Assembly: GCF_964204645.1 (NCBI RefSeq)
Contig: NC_134035.1
Span: 5,022,001-5,086,000 of the forward strand
Direction of reading: 5' to 3'
Length of the DNA stretch: 64,000 nt
From: Tubulanus polymorphus
Lineage: Eukaryota > Animalia > Nemertea
Part shown: piece by piece, positions 47,853 to 60,493 of the stretch
Layout of the letters: each line of letters begins with the position of its first letter
Numbering within the stretch: the first letter of the stretch is position 1
Translations under genes and position numbers: made by a program
Notes under the pieces: generated by a model
The model's input: only the letters and a program-made list of their open reading frames with translations
Databases searched by the model: none
Told to the model about the DNA's origin: nothing

Positions 47853-50800
47853 ATGCCTGAAAACACCGAAACCAATAAACAATCGTCGTCGAGTCCCGAT
47901 CGGTTGTCACGACGACCGAGCGTTCTTACGGCCTATCACGACATCGCCGCAGCCGTTTTTAGTCTCGGCCGCACGATGGATGTCGACGAGTTATTTCTCT
48001 CAGCTGCCAGAGTAAGTTTCCGTCACCTGGGTTTCACTTGCGTGTTGAATCTACTTAGTGAGAAATTGCGGCTATTTAACGTCAATCGTGTATAATTGAC
48101 ATTGCTAAACAGTACAGCCATCACCTTGAACTTTAGGTTTACTAGTTGGCCTAGTAGTAATATTTCAGTCTCAGTCTCACCATGTACATTGGCGAGTCTT
48201 TCCCATCAACTGCCAGAGTAAGTCTCTGTAGATTTACATTGGGGAGTCTTTACCCTTAACTGGCAGAATAAGTTTCCTCAGATGTACATTGGATGAGTCT
48301 TTCCCCTCAACTGCCAGAGTAAGTTTCTATCAGTATCGCGGTTTAGATTTGAATCTATAGGACAAGTTGTTTTGGTTCTTAGATTTGAAGTTACCAGTAG
48401 TTGGTTAGTTATTCGAGCCAGGACTGATGGAATTCATGTTTCCCCTAGAAGACGTCCGTGTTCAATTCTAGAATTAATCGTTGTGAGTTTGTTTGTTCAT
48501 TTGTTTTTGCAGGATGGAGAGTTGGAGAAAATGCAGAATTTTCTGCAAAGAAGAGACACGATTGTTAACGTCGATATCAAAGATAAGCGTACAGGAAATA
48601 CTCCATTAATATGGGCTGCGAAGAGAGGACATCCAAAAGTAAGTCTTCAGATACAAAATGTTTGCACTATATATCCTACCTCACTGCGGGGATCTGACCC
48701 TGATGGCATCATGAGACTCTCTGTCATGTTCCTCCCTTGCAGGGATTTGAACCTGATGGCATCATGAGACTCTGCCATGTTCCTTCCTCACAGGGATTTG
48801 CCCCTGATGGCATCGTGAGACTCTGCCACGTTCCTTCGGGATTCCAACCTGATCGCCTCATGAAACTCTGCCACATTCCTTCCTCACAGGGATTTGAACC
48901 TGAGGGCCTCATAAAACTCTTTGTGAAGTAATCAGAATTTTTATGTTTCAGATTGTGCATTTACTGCTGAAACACGGTGCTGACCCGACGTTACGTAATT
49001 ACGATCTAAAAACAGCTATCCAGGTGGCGTCACCGGTAATCAAATCGATACTGTTGAATTCGGTGGAGAACCCCGGATCGTCCCATCGTCATTTACTACA
49101 AGCCGCGTGGCAAGGAAACGCAGATATCGTTCGCAAAATTCTGGTATGGTCAAATTTCATGAAAACCCGCTTCACTTTCTTTTTCGATCGTAATATTTCA
49201 CATAATTTCACAATATCCGTGTGATATTACAGAAAGAAGGTCGCATGTTGGATATAAACTGCAAGAATGCGGACGGATTGACGCCGTTGCTGTTGGTTAC
49301 TCGAGACGCCGACATGTTCGAGCGACTGTCTCATCAACAGAAGGGACGCTCTGAATACAACCCGGTCAGCGTCGTGCTCGAACTTATCAAATGTCGCGGG
49401 TAAGAATATTTCTGCACATATTTCAACGTAAATGTTTATGTTCACATGCTCTAAAGTACTACGGTTAATAAGATCAAAATACACTGTATACAAAGGTTGG
49501 AAATGGAATTTATTAATCGAGTATCGAAATCATACGTTAAAAGACGTAATATCATCGCGAGTCCAAAACTCCAGAAGGTTATCCGCTGCGCCACTTAAAT
49601 CAAAATCAATCCTAAATACTGAACTGTGAATGAATCATATTTTCAAATCACTCAATTTCCAAATTGATCTTAATGATCTTATTGATGATAATGATGAAAT
49701 AATATTAAAAGTAATGAAAATAAAATTTGTCTTGTATAGCGCTAAATCAACGCTCAGGAGTCATTTATCACGCCAGGTACCCATTTACTCTGGGGTGGAG
49801 AGAGGCAATGAGGATAAGTGTCTTGCCCGGGGAGACTACGGTAATGAAAGGGGTTCGAACCCACGACCTGGCTTCCCACAGTTGAACGCTCTAATCACCT
49901 GGCCACACCGCTCCGATTGATGTACATCGGGAAAGATTTGTGTCTGTTTTTTCGAAGATTACCGATAATTCGTTACAGCGACATCGACTCGACGGACAAC
50001 GAAGGAAAGACGCCGCTGCATTACGCCTCCAGTTCTAAATCGGCCGTATCGAGTCAACTAGTGAAAATACTGCTGCAGGAAAAAGCGAAAACGGAAGCGC
50101 GCGATAAACGCTGTTTCACTCCGATTCACTGCGCGTCGGAAACGGGTAATATCGACATCGTTCAGGTTCTCATCGACGGAGGATCGGATGTGAACGCTCG
50201 CGGGTTCGCCGGCGCTACACCTCTACACATATCGGTACGTCGTTTATCGATTCATTCGTGCGGTAGACTCCGTATTATCGTACGCCCTGTGCAAATAAGT
50301 AAATGTTCGAGATATCTCTACCTTCATTCGTGTCACCGATGACCCCCTCGATGCTCCCTAGAAATTCGGATTATCTCGAGGATAGATGTTAGAGATTTTC
50401 CTACCCCGATTTATAATGATAACAACGTATCATCGATCTGACTGCCCCGGAAAAATTTATTGGTCCCATAAAATCCGAAGCAAGCTCGAAGTCTACTGTA
50501 ATTTGATCGGGTCAGATTATAGAATTTCTTTTACACCAATATTGATTGTACGATTCCAGGCGTATAAAGGACACGATCGCGTGGCGTCGGTGTTGTTATC
50601 GAACGGAGCCGATGTAACCGTCGTCAACGACAGCGGCCTGACCGCCGTCGACGTCGCCAAATCGAAGAAAATCAAAACGACGCTGAGAGAAGCGTGGGTC
50701 GACGCGACGCAGAATAAAGTCGAGAAGGCTCTGCTGAATCCAGTGCGACCGCCGACTAGAGAAGGATCGAAACTGTCTATCGATGACATACGACTCGAGG

Positions 50801-53800
50801 TGAGAAATGATTTGAATAATAACGTTCCTTTGCTAATTACACTTTCTAGAAAACCTGTCTCTAATCAGACACCAAAAATCCAGAAATAATTCTATTTATT
50901 GAAAACCACCATTTCTAAACAATCGCTCTGTTTCATATCTCTATTACAGGGTAGCACTCCTCGCACTCCTAAAAGTAAGTGGAATTCTTAAAGATTTGTG
51001 CGCCGTTTTTATGTACGTAGCTAAATTTATCTAATGATAGCGTCGTGTATTCGTTTAGGGCCGTTTTCGCGTCAGTTAACAAACGCGGAGAAAGCCATGT
51101 TGGCCGAAGAGAATATGATGAAAGATTTAGAATCGGGACGATACGCTACGCCTACCCCTACACCACTGTAAGTAACCGATCAATTCGGTTACTGGAGCCA
51201 GTTTTATAGATTAGTACTTTAACACGGGGGCTCACTCAATTCATTTTCAACTAGATAAGCCCCAGGGTTATAGGCAATACCAGTCTATAAAACGAGCCCC
51301 AGGGCCCAGTTGCACAGTCGTGACTTAAGTCCAAAAGTGGTCTTTAGTCTTAAGACTTGTCTTTAGTTGTTTGATTGGCTATAGAATCAAGTTGGTCTAA
51401 GGCTAGTCTTAAATCTAATTCATGACTGTGCAACAGACCCCAGGGGAATTACTCGATTGAAAATGAATCAAGTTGGCCGCCCCCGCCCCCCCCCCCCCCC
51501 GGTTAAAGATAATGCGAGTCTATGAAGCCAACTCCTGCACTCAGTCATTCATTTCAATCAGATGTATTTAATCTCTCGTCTGTTTCGTAGGGACAGTAGT
51601 CGTCGAATCGGTGCGTCCGGACCGTTACGTACGTTCCCTGCCGCCCGCAACGATCGTACGCCGAGAATCGACGTGTCCGGAAATCCGGTGAAAACGCCCG
51701 AACAACTGCTACGACGAACGCAGAGTCAACGCGCGACGGGTAGCGCGAGAAAAAACTCCGACCCCGGAGTGAGCGGCAGGCGTCCTACCCTACCTGATAT
51801 CAATTTACGATCTTGTAAGTTTTTAATAATGAATATAGTGTAAATCCGTCGGCCTACTGTCACATCCTTCGTTGCAGTGGTTTTATTAAGCTGCAGTTTG
51901 TTTGAATAGGCCCTAGCTCTATCAGAAAGTAGACCCATGCTCCCTCGACAGGGATTCACACTTGTTGCATCACATTTACATGAAACAGTACATATTGTAA
52001 TGATATAAATTATGATAAAATATGTTATGCTATCAAATCCTCGCAGTGATTTGAATAAGACTCAGCAGTAGTATGAACCAGTAGAAAAATTCTCTTCGAC
52101 GTTTTGAAACTGATAGGATTGTGAGAATCCAAGCCCTTGTTCTAACAGAAAGTAGACCGATCCTCCCTCAACAGGGATTTACACTTGTAAAACTACATAA
52201 AACTATTGGAATAAAACAAAACTTCATGTTAACTTGATATTATCAGACTATGAAAAAAAATGATATTTTCATTGAAATCCATGATATTTTCAATGAAATC
52301 CATGATATTTCCAATGAAATCTATGATATTCTCTGGTAACTGAGAACTGGTCTTTATTGATTGTTTTGTATCTGTTGTTGTAGCTATAACTAGTATGACT
52401 GATGAAGAATCATCACCGGCCTATAACACTAAAGTTCCACCAGCCGTCGTCATCAGTTTAGACAATGACGACGTCGTCGAGGATCTGATGTCGTCGAGTG
52501 GCGCCACCAGCAGTCAGACAGCTTTTCAAAAACGTCGCCGCCATTCGGACGAGCTTCGATCTCCGAGTCTCAACGATTTGGCCTCGTCTTGCGATGACTT
52601 CATATTCAAAGGTACGATAATTTACAACGCGTATCTCAAACCCTGCGGGTAAATTCAGGTACCTTTACTGAGACTATTGACTATTTACAGGTCGTTCGTC
52701 TACGAAAACGTATCTAGAAGACATCGAGGATGTTTTCAGTCCGCCGCCTCGGTTGACGCCGATTCGAACGCCGGTTCCGTCTGCTAATGATCGCTCGCGA
52801 TTACGCAATCTTGACACGATCAATGAAACCACAAGTGAATCTCTGAAACTAGATCTGAGTAGGTTTATCAATATTATTCAATATTATATCCATTTCCAAC
52901 ACAGGCTTAAGTCCCATTCAATTGAAACTAATCGCAGTTTATCAAGTGTATACAGAAAACCCATGATTTAACGATTAAATTCTGTTAACCAGTCCTGACA
53001 TTTTGGAAAGATTTCTTCTTTCCATCTTCAGAGATTTAAAGAAATTAAGAATCTTTCTTTTGTGGGTTTTTGATATACACCTCATTCAAAATTTTACCAA
53101 TTTTCAAAACATAGCAGGTCCAATAGTGGTCATAATACAGTAAACTGAGTGTTAGTAAATTCATTTCATTTTACAGGCGCTCTACAGACGTCAATAGATG
53201 AAGGTGTGACGTTCGATCAACTCAAAAATCTGCCACAACCGACACAAACATTTATTACACAATTAGGTCTTTCTGAAGTCACTTCTGCTAATAAGGTGTG
53301 TATGACTAACAGACGAGAACTGTCTGTCAGAATCGTGGTTAAAGCGTGATAACTTAAGATTTATTTTCTTACAGGAAAATCAGCCCAAATCAGGACCGGA
53401 CGCCGTTAAACTAGCGTGCGATAACGTGATCGAATTGGTGCGCGGAAAATCGATTCTCAAATCGGAGTTCAACATCGAGGAATCTCGCGGCAAAAAAGCG
53501 AAAAAACCCGACGAAAACTCACCGCAGAGCAGTAATAACTATTCGTCGTGCGTGAGTACGTTGTCGACGCCGTCGCCCCCGCCTGGACGGGACGATCGCG
53601 TCGTCGACCCGGCGATCAGGATTAACACGACCGCGAAATTACCGGGTAAAATCGTGAACAACAACTACCAGACTACGGCGGTGAAAAATCCGACCGTTCG
53701 AGACGACAGCGATAAACGATCGTCGGGCAGTTCGTCGGTCGCGAGTAGTTCGACTTTGACTCAACACAGCAGCCGTCCGGGTAGCGAGATACGCGTCGAA

Positions 53801-56800
53801 ATCGGCGGTAAGGATAGTCCGAAAAGTAGTAAAGACAGTCCGAAAGTTAAGAAGCCGTCGGCGAGCGCGTCTCCGAAAGAGAATTTGGCAGCCGAAGCAT
53901 CCGCGAAGCTTCGCGCCGCCGCAAAGGATAACGCTATCAGTCGAAAACCGGATGAAAGTAATTCAGTTACTAATCGCGGCGCGCCGGAGATGGATAATAA
54001 AATTCGATCTCCGGTCACGATGCAACAAATACCGGAAGTTTCGCAAATAGAGGAAATATCTCCGGCTGTCGAGAATAAAACGTCTGCGCCGGTGAAGGGT
54101 GTTATTTTCGATAAAAATGGCATTAAAACGGTGCCTACGTATTCCATAGAGAACACGACGAATCAGCAGAAGTCCGAGATGGGAGCGATTACAGGGCAGC
54201 TTAAAACTAAAAGTGTTTTACCTCGGCAAGAGTCGGGATCTAATGAACCGGCGTCGAAAAATAACAAAGCACCACCACCGAGTAGAACGGAATCTTCAGT
54301 CGTACCGAATTCTGTAGTCAAGAAACCTGCACCCGCGAGTGCCTCGAATAGCGCATCGGCGAAATCAGTTACCGCTGCACCATCTGGTGACCAAAACAAG
54401 AACAATTCGCCTTCCGCTGCCGCTGCTGCTGCTGCTGCTAAACCGGTTTCAAATTCTTCTCAAGTGCCAAAAACTGTTAATGAAAAAGTCGCGACGAGTT
54501 CGCAATCCGTTCGTACAAGTGTTACGCTGATCAGTTACCGCGATGATAAAACTAAACAAAATCCAATTGCATCCGCTAAATCTGGAAGCGTTTTGGCGAA
54601 GTCGTCAGTGCCCGCGACTGGAGCCCCTGCAGCTTCTAATAAAACAGGAGGAACGATTACAGTATCTTCATCATCAAATAAGATACCTGTATCAACAACA
54701 AGTTCATCTGCTACATCAAATTCTGCAAATGAAATAAAAATGGCACCTGCGGACAATGAAAAACCAGCTGGCAGCCGATTACAACAGTTAAAATCAGTGG
54801 CTAGTCGTAATATGGGTAAAACAGAAGAAACATCGAACGCAGCAGCAGCGACAGCTGCGATGAAGACAGCCAGTAAAACGGTAGCTCAAAGCCTCGAAAA
54901 AGCCATAGCTCAAACGGCTAAATCGAGTCCAAAGCTCGTAAAGAAATCACCGCTGCTCAGCGAGGAGAAAGTCACCGATCATATCAAACTCGGATTCTCC
55001 GGTTTGAAAGCTTTGTTCAATGACCGTCCGAAGAAAGAGCTGTCGACGAAGGAACCGGCGAAAGTTGAGAGAGATATGCCGCAACAAACGCCACTCGTTT
55101 CGGAGATGTTTACGGATATAAAAACGAACGAGCAGAAAGAAGCAGCAGGCGGCGGCCAGTTGACGGTTAAACGCACGAATACGTCAATGTCGAAGACGAA
55201 TAAAAGCGCCGTCGGACAACGTAACGCTCCAAGTTCCGCGAAACCTAAAACAGCGTCGCAAAAAACGAATAACACGACGTCGAATTCCACGGGGAATATC
55301 GGTAAAAAGAATTCTGGCGCCGTGACGACGACGACGAAGAAAAAAGTAACGGCAGACGTGAAAGTGTTCGTAACCACGCAATCGAGAGCGCCGGCGCCGA
55401 AATCGAGTAAAACATCAGCGAAAACGAAAAAAGGCTCGAGCGGCTCGAAACGAAAGGGAAAGAAAAACTCGTCGAATAAAGACGCCACGCGTATGAGCTA
55501 CGGAGGACGCGATCCGTCGAAAACGGCGTTCGTCTCCGGGATCGGTTGGCACGTCGCGACCGATTGTAATGAGAACGTCGACGTCGCCGCCGTCAAAATA
55601 TTACCCGATTCGTCGGACGAAGAATCGGGCGACGACGACGACGAGATTCCGGAGGTGATTGAAGCGGAGCCGGTGGCGCCGCCTTTGCTTAACATCCGCG
55701 GTTCATTCTCGCAGTTCCCGTGCACGGGCGAGGATCGTCCGGAGGTGATCATCGTGTTACCGGAGGAACGATCTCGGGCTACGGTCGCTGTGCGCGTCGC
55801 GTCGCCGTACGAAGCGCTCGAAGAACTCGCCGAACGAGTTCACGACAAAATCCATTTCCGTACGCCGTCCCCGCAGCCGCCCGTCGTCCTACCGCAAACC
55901 GTGAAAACGATTCGCGAGTTCTCCGACACGGCGTCGGCGACTTCCTCGACGAAAACGTCTGAGTATATCAAACCGATTAAGATGTCGAACGAGGCTCGGG
56001 GCGATTCGGCGGAAAAAGCCGTCGGAAATAAAAACGAAGAAATAAACGACGAGAACATCGACGAGATAATCGACGAAATATTGACGATCAAATCGGACGC
56101 GGCGACTTTGAACGACTCGATGACGAACGCGATGAGACGCAACATCGATTTACAGAAACAGATCAGCGACAATTCCGAGGACGGCAGCTCGATTCTGACG
56201 CCGTCGAATTCGTATCAAACGCTGCCGGAAGCGATGGCCGTTTTGCACGCCGATAATTTCGATCAGATGCGAATGAAAATCCGAACGGCGACGAGGCCGG
56301 AGCTTTCGATAAAAGAAGAGGCCGGCGGGAAACCCGACGCCGAATCGGTGGACGGGAAACTCGACGCCGAATCGGCAGACCGTGCTGCGGCTTCCGGAGA
56401 AGATAACGTCGCCGTAAAGCCGCCGACCGGACGGCCGAAATCGGCGGCTGGAAAGGGTCACGCGACGAAAGGAAAAACGCCACGCAGCGTCGGGCTGTAT
56501 AAAGAAATCAAATCATCGCAGCAAGAATTCCCAGAGGTAAAAATATTGATCCTTTATATCCGATTACATGTACCTTTATATGTACGATTACCAGCTTTAT
56601 AAGCTGAATATTAGGTTTCACATTTCGACTTAAAATTTCAGGACGGCGGAAATCTTTCTCGTTCGGACTTCGGCTCAGACAGGTTAAGCTTAGCGAGCGA
56701 CAGCGTCGGAGATTTAGCGCAATCTCCAATAGACGGCGTTCCGATCGATGAAGTTACGAAGGAGATTCTCAATTCAACCGACAACAGAGTAAGTAAACTA

Positions 56801-59203
56801 CAGTTCGTTAGATACAAATAATGAGTTTCGTAATTTGCCAACCGGGAGAGTGTTCGAGACACCTGCTTAACTACTTCAGTGGGCGGTACCTTGCTTATAA
56901 GATTCTCAGAAGGATCCTGCTTGGTGGAAGCTGGTTTCGACTTGATAATTGATTGATTTTATCGAATGGAGATAATTTGAAAATAAAAAAAATTTCCCCC
57001 ATTTTGTTGTATAACGGGCATACCGCTCTAGTGCGTCTACACTGCGGTGCGGTGTATCGTTAGTCACTAATATTTCACTTTCCTTGACAGATGCCGCTAT
57101 CTTTCAATATATATGAAACTAATTACGTGGATACACCTTGATGCGGTGTAATAGCGCAGTCCATCACCGATTTATACACCACAATGCGGTGTAGACGCAC
57201 TGAAAGGGTTAAAGAAAACTCTTCAGACTCCATCTTTCTCATTTTATTCGTGTGGGACCCTCTGTATATCATCGCACAACACGACCATAGTGTTTCATCA
57301 ACGGTTATCGATGAACTCGTATTCAATGTTGCTATTGTTTGGTTTTTCAGACGTATATGAGTCGCATCGGGCGTCGCAGTCGTCAGTCGACGCGTCCTTC
57401 GAGCGCGATGAGTGATTTAAGCAGCGTTGGCGATAAAGAAGAACTCATCGGCTGGAAGAAAGGAACCAGGATCGGTCGCGGAGCTTACGGAACCGTAAGT
57501 AATCGACACTGTTTCATCTCTTTCTCTGAATGGGCTCTGAATGGGCAATGAATTTATAACTATTATTCATATTCGCCAGGTTTGGCTCGGTTTGACGGAC
57601 AGCGGAAATCTGATCGCCGTCAAGCAAATCGAACTCAATACGCAAGACAACAAAGCTAAACGCGAATACGAGAAAATTGAAGACGAACTGGAATTATTGA
57701 AAACATTGAAACATAGGAATATCGTCGAGTGAGTAATTTGCGTTTAATCGAGGTCTGTGGTTAGAATTGAAACGTTGAAGTCATTGTTGTCCGCTGCGTC
57801 GTGATTTCAGATTTTACGGCACGAGTCTCGAGGACGGCGTCGTCAGTATTTTTATGGAGTACATTCCCGGCGGTTCTATCGCTGATTTACTCGCGCGATT
57901 CGGAGCGTTGGAAGAAGCCGTTTTCTCTATCTACACCAAACAGATTTTAGAAGGTCTCGAACACATACACAGTAAAGGCGTAATTCATCGGTAAGTTTAA
58001 GTTTTAACAGTGAACAACCGAATAAATTACGATGAATTAATCTAAATGACATTACCTCTCAGACTAGCATCATACAATGTCTACAGTTGAGCGAGCGGTG
58101 TCGGCGAGTCTTAAGAGCGTTTGACTGTGGGAAGCCAGGTCGTGGGTTTTAACCCCAACGTTACCGTAGTGTTCCCACTTATCCTCATAACATCTCTTCA
58201 CCCAGGAGTATATGGGTACCTGCCCTGATAGATAACTCCTGAGTGCCTAGTTGTTGCTCGGATGTTACTTCTCCCCAGGAGGAGGTGACTGATACATGAA
58301 TAACATAATAAATATGAGTTATAGGCTAGGGGTAATAATACCGAATTTGGAGCACATTTGAACTGACAGTAGTGTCTTACACCTTGACTAATTTGCCTGA
58401 AAAAGCTACAACTTGCGACCGCTTGTAGTTATGATGAAATCTAGTTAACCTTCAAAGTACTGAAAACAATCTGTTTTCACAATTCCTGTCATACACCTGA
58501 CCAATAAATTCAAATTTTGATATGAATTCTCGAAAAAATGTTCGGTTTTCTTAGTTTATGATTCAGTATATCATACGTAAACTTGATTTTGTTATCGAAT
58601 TCTCTCCAATTCATTGAAACTTTCATTTGTCTTTTTAATATAGAGATATAAAGGGTGGAAATGTGATGTTAACTCAAGATGGAGTGATTAAACTCATCGA
58701 TTTCGGTTGCGCCAAACGACTCAGTTTGAATCATAGCGCCAGTAATAAACAGATGCTTAAATCGATGCACGGAACGCCGTATTGGATGGCACCGGAGGTC
58801 GTCATGGAGACTGGACACGGACAGAAGTCCGATATCTGGTAAGTTGATATTTTGATTTAAGTCTCGACGATCAAACGCCGTTGTACCTAAACGAGAATCT
58901 TTCATCTATCTTTCATATTTCAGGAGCGTCGGTTGTACGGTGTTCGAGATGGCCACGCGACGACCGCCGTGGGCCGAAATGACTCCGATGGCGGCCATCT
59001 TCGCTATCGGATCCGATAAACCGATTCCGCAACTTCCCGACAAGTTTTCGGCGGAGGCGCGATCGTTCGTCGAGAACTGTTTGACTCGCGATCAAGACAA
59101 ACGCGCGACGGCCACGCAGCTGCTCAGACACGCATTTATTTGCCGTCACGTGCGACAAAAGCACAAACGATCGAACAGTTTCGCTCAACTAACGAATACT
59201 TGA
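47853..59203 (+). CDS. MAP3K19: MAP3K19/YSK4-like Ser/Thr kinase with N-terminal ankyrin repeats, 19 coding exons
   Basis: Exons: 47853-48011, 48513-48638, 48952-49143, 49233-49399, 49979-50234, 50560-50799, 50950-50974, 51059-51167, 51591-51814, 52384-52611, 52691-52858, 53177-53295, 53375-56536, 56642-56788, 57351-57494, 57580-57728, 57811-57990, 58644-58838, 58924-59203, all phase-compatible. Kinase motifs WKKGTRIGRGAYGTV, IAVKQ, HRDIKGGN, DFGCAKRL and MLKSMHGTPYWMAPEV..KSDIWSVGCTVFEMAT match MAP3K19. Ankyrin motifs GNTPLIWAA, GLTPL, GKTPLHYA, GATPLH. Confidence 0.9.
48182..48327 (+). repeat. About 50-bp tandem repeat x3 resembling the exon1/intron1 junction of MAP3K19
   Basis: Units end in CTGCCAGAGTAAGT (the middle unit is degenerate), as at 48004-48017. 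Confidence 0.8.
48685..48920. repeat. About 50-bp minisatellite x5
   Basis: Unit approx. CAGGGATTTGAACCTGATGGCATCATGAGACTCTGCCATGTTCCTTCCTCA. Confidence 0.9.
49725..49914 (-). mobile_element. tRNA-derived SINE
   Basis: Minus strand: A-box-like TGGCCAGGTGATT, B-box GGTTCGAACC, core CTCTCCACCCCAGAGTAAATGGGTACCTG, and a LINE-like tail AGCGCTATACAAG; second copy on + at about 58089-58345. Confidence 0.75.
51303..51440. mobile_element. MITE family A copy (reverse orientation, CAG TSD)
   Basis: CAG at 51300-51302 and 51441-51443; adjacent to other GGRGCC-ended MITE sequence (about 51195-51535). Confidence 0.8.
52260..52330. repeat. 20/21-bp tandem repeat (ATGATATTTTCAATGAAATCC)
   Basis: About 3.5 copies visible. 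Confidence 0.85.
58089..58345 (+). mobile_element. tRNA-derived SINE (second copy)
   Basis: Shares ACTGTGGGAAGCCAGGTCGTGGGTT, TTACCGTAGT and ATGGGTACCTG with the 49.8 kb copy. Confidence 0.7.
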
Positions 59204-59458
59204 ACAAACTTCACGATTGTTACGGATACTGAGAGTCGTTTCATGAATATGTGATAGATAATTGTGCTCTTAACTTATCACTTCAGGACATTGCGAAGCG
59301 TGTTCGAGGATTCATTTACCTGTTGATCGGGGAGAGGAACGACCAAGTCCGTGGAATCTATGATTCTAACCTGTCAATTTCGGATTGACAAGACAAGTAT
59401 GTGCAAGACCGATGGCTTGCACTGTTTCCTCAGTTCTGGTCATCTCAAAAAGATTACA

Positions 59459-59523
59459 CATTATATACTATGCTAATTAGACATTATATACTATGCTAAT
59501 TAGACGTTATATACTATGCTAAT
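59459..59523. repeat. 23-bp tandem repeat in the MAP3K19 3' UTR region
   Basis: CATTATATACTATGCTAATTAGA x about 2.8. Confidence 0.9.
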
Positions 59524-60198
59524 GTCGATATATTTTGCTGTTCTATAAAGTTAACTCCGTCCTCGTTTACAAACTTATCTAAATGATATGTATTTTAATA
59601 TCTTTTTACGTATGGAATTTCATGCAAGAATCATCCGTCCAATGCTGTAGAAAATGTCGGTCCAGTTCCGCAGTTCTCGTCTGACAATTTACCTCACGAC
59701 TGAGGAGCTCGGTCTCGTCTATAAACGCAGTTAATGTAAGATTTTTAATGCAGTTGAACTGAGAGCTGAATTGTTTCGAATACAACTCCGTGAGATGTTT
59801 CGTTTTTGTTTTTGTATTCATTTTACAAAGAGATTTTTTTTTACTTCAAACTTGTATGTATTTTTCATCGCAGTAAACGTGTACACAAATCTAGAATGTA
59901 GAAAATGAATATAATGTTTTATACCGAAGTAGTTAAACATGTATCGACAGTGATTTATTATTAAACGTTATTCTATGATGCCAAAAGCTGAAGTATAAGC
60001 GACGATGCTAATGTATTTATGTATGTCAGACTATGGTCAGTACAACAGTATGTACCGTCCTGTAGATTTTATTTTATATGTAGTTTACATTAGAATGAAT
60101 AGAGAGTTATTCATATATGAACATAGATGCAATGTTAGACCGTTGAAATACTTCAAAAGATCAACCCTCCAGTTACCAATTTGCGAATCATTATTTTT

Positions 60199-60493
60199 AG
60201 CCTCGATCACACAAGCGTTTTTAGCTCTAGACAACTGTTCACACGTGTGCCAAATAGGCCCGAGCCTGTTTGGCCCGACCAAAAACGTCAAACCAGGCCC
60301 GAGACGAATGATTGCGTTTGAATTGCAACTGGTACCGGAAATGATCCCACTTCCCTTTGTTTGAGCATTGTTTAGTATCGGGTGAGTGGTTTGCATGTGA
60401 GCGCACTCTTTAATTAGGCACAGGCCAAATTTTGCTGGAGCCTGATCCGTGGCAATTTTGCCCGGGCCAAATCGTCTCCGTGTGATCGCGGCT
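60199..60493. mobile_element. Copy of AGCCGCGATCACACG MITE (reverse)
   Basis: Reverse complement of the 44941 copy. Confidence 0.8.

Noticed and set aside
53761-56483. Antisense ORFs over the MAP3K19 large exon
   Set aside because: Shadow ORFs with no independent gene signals.
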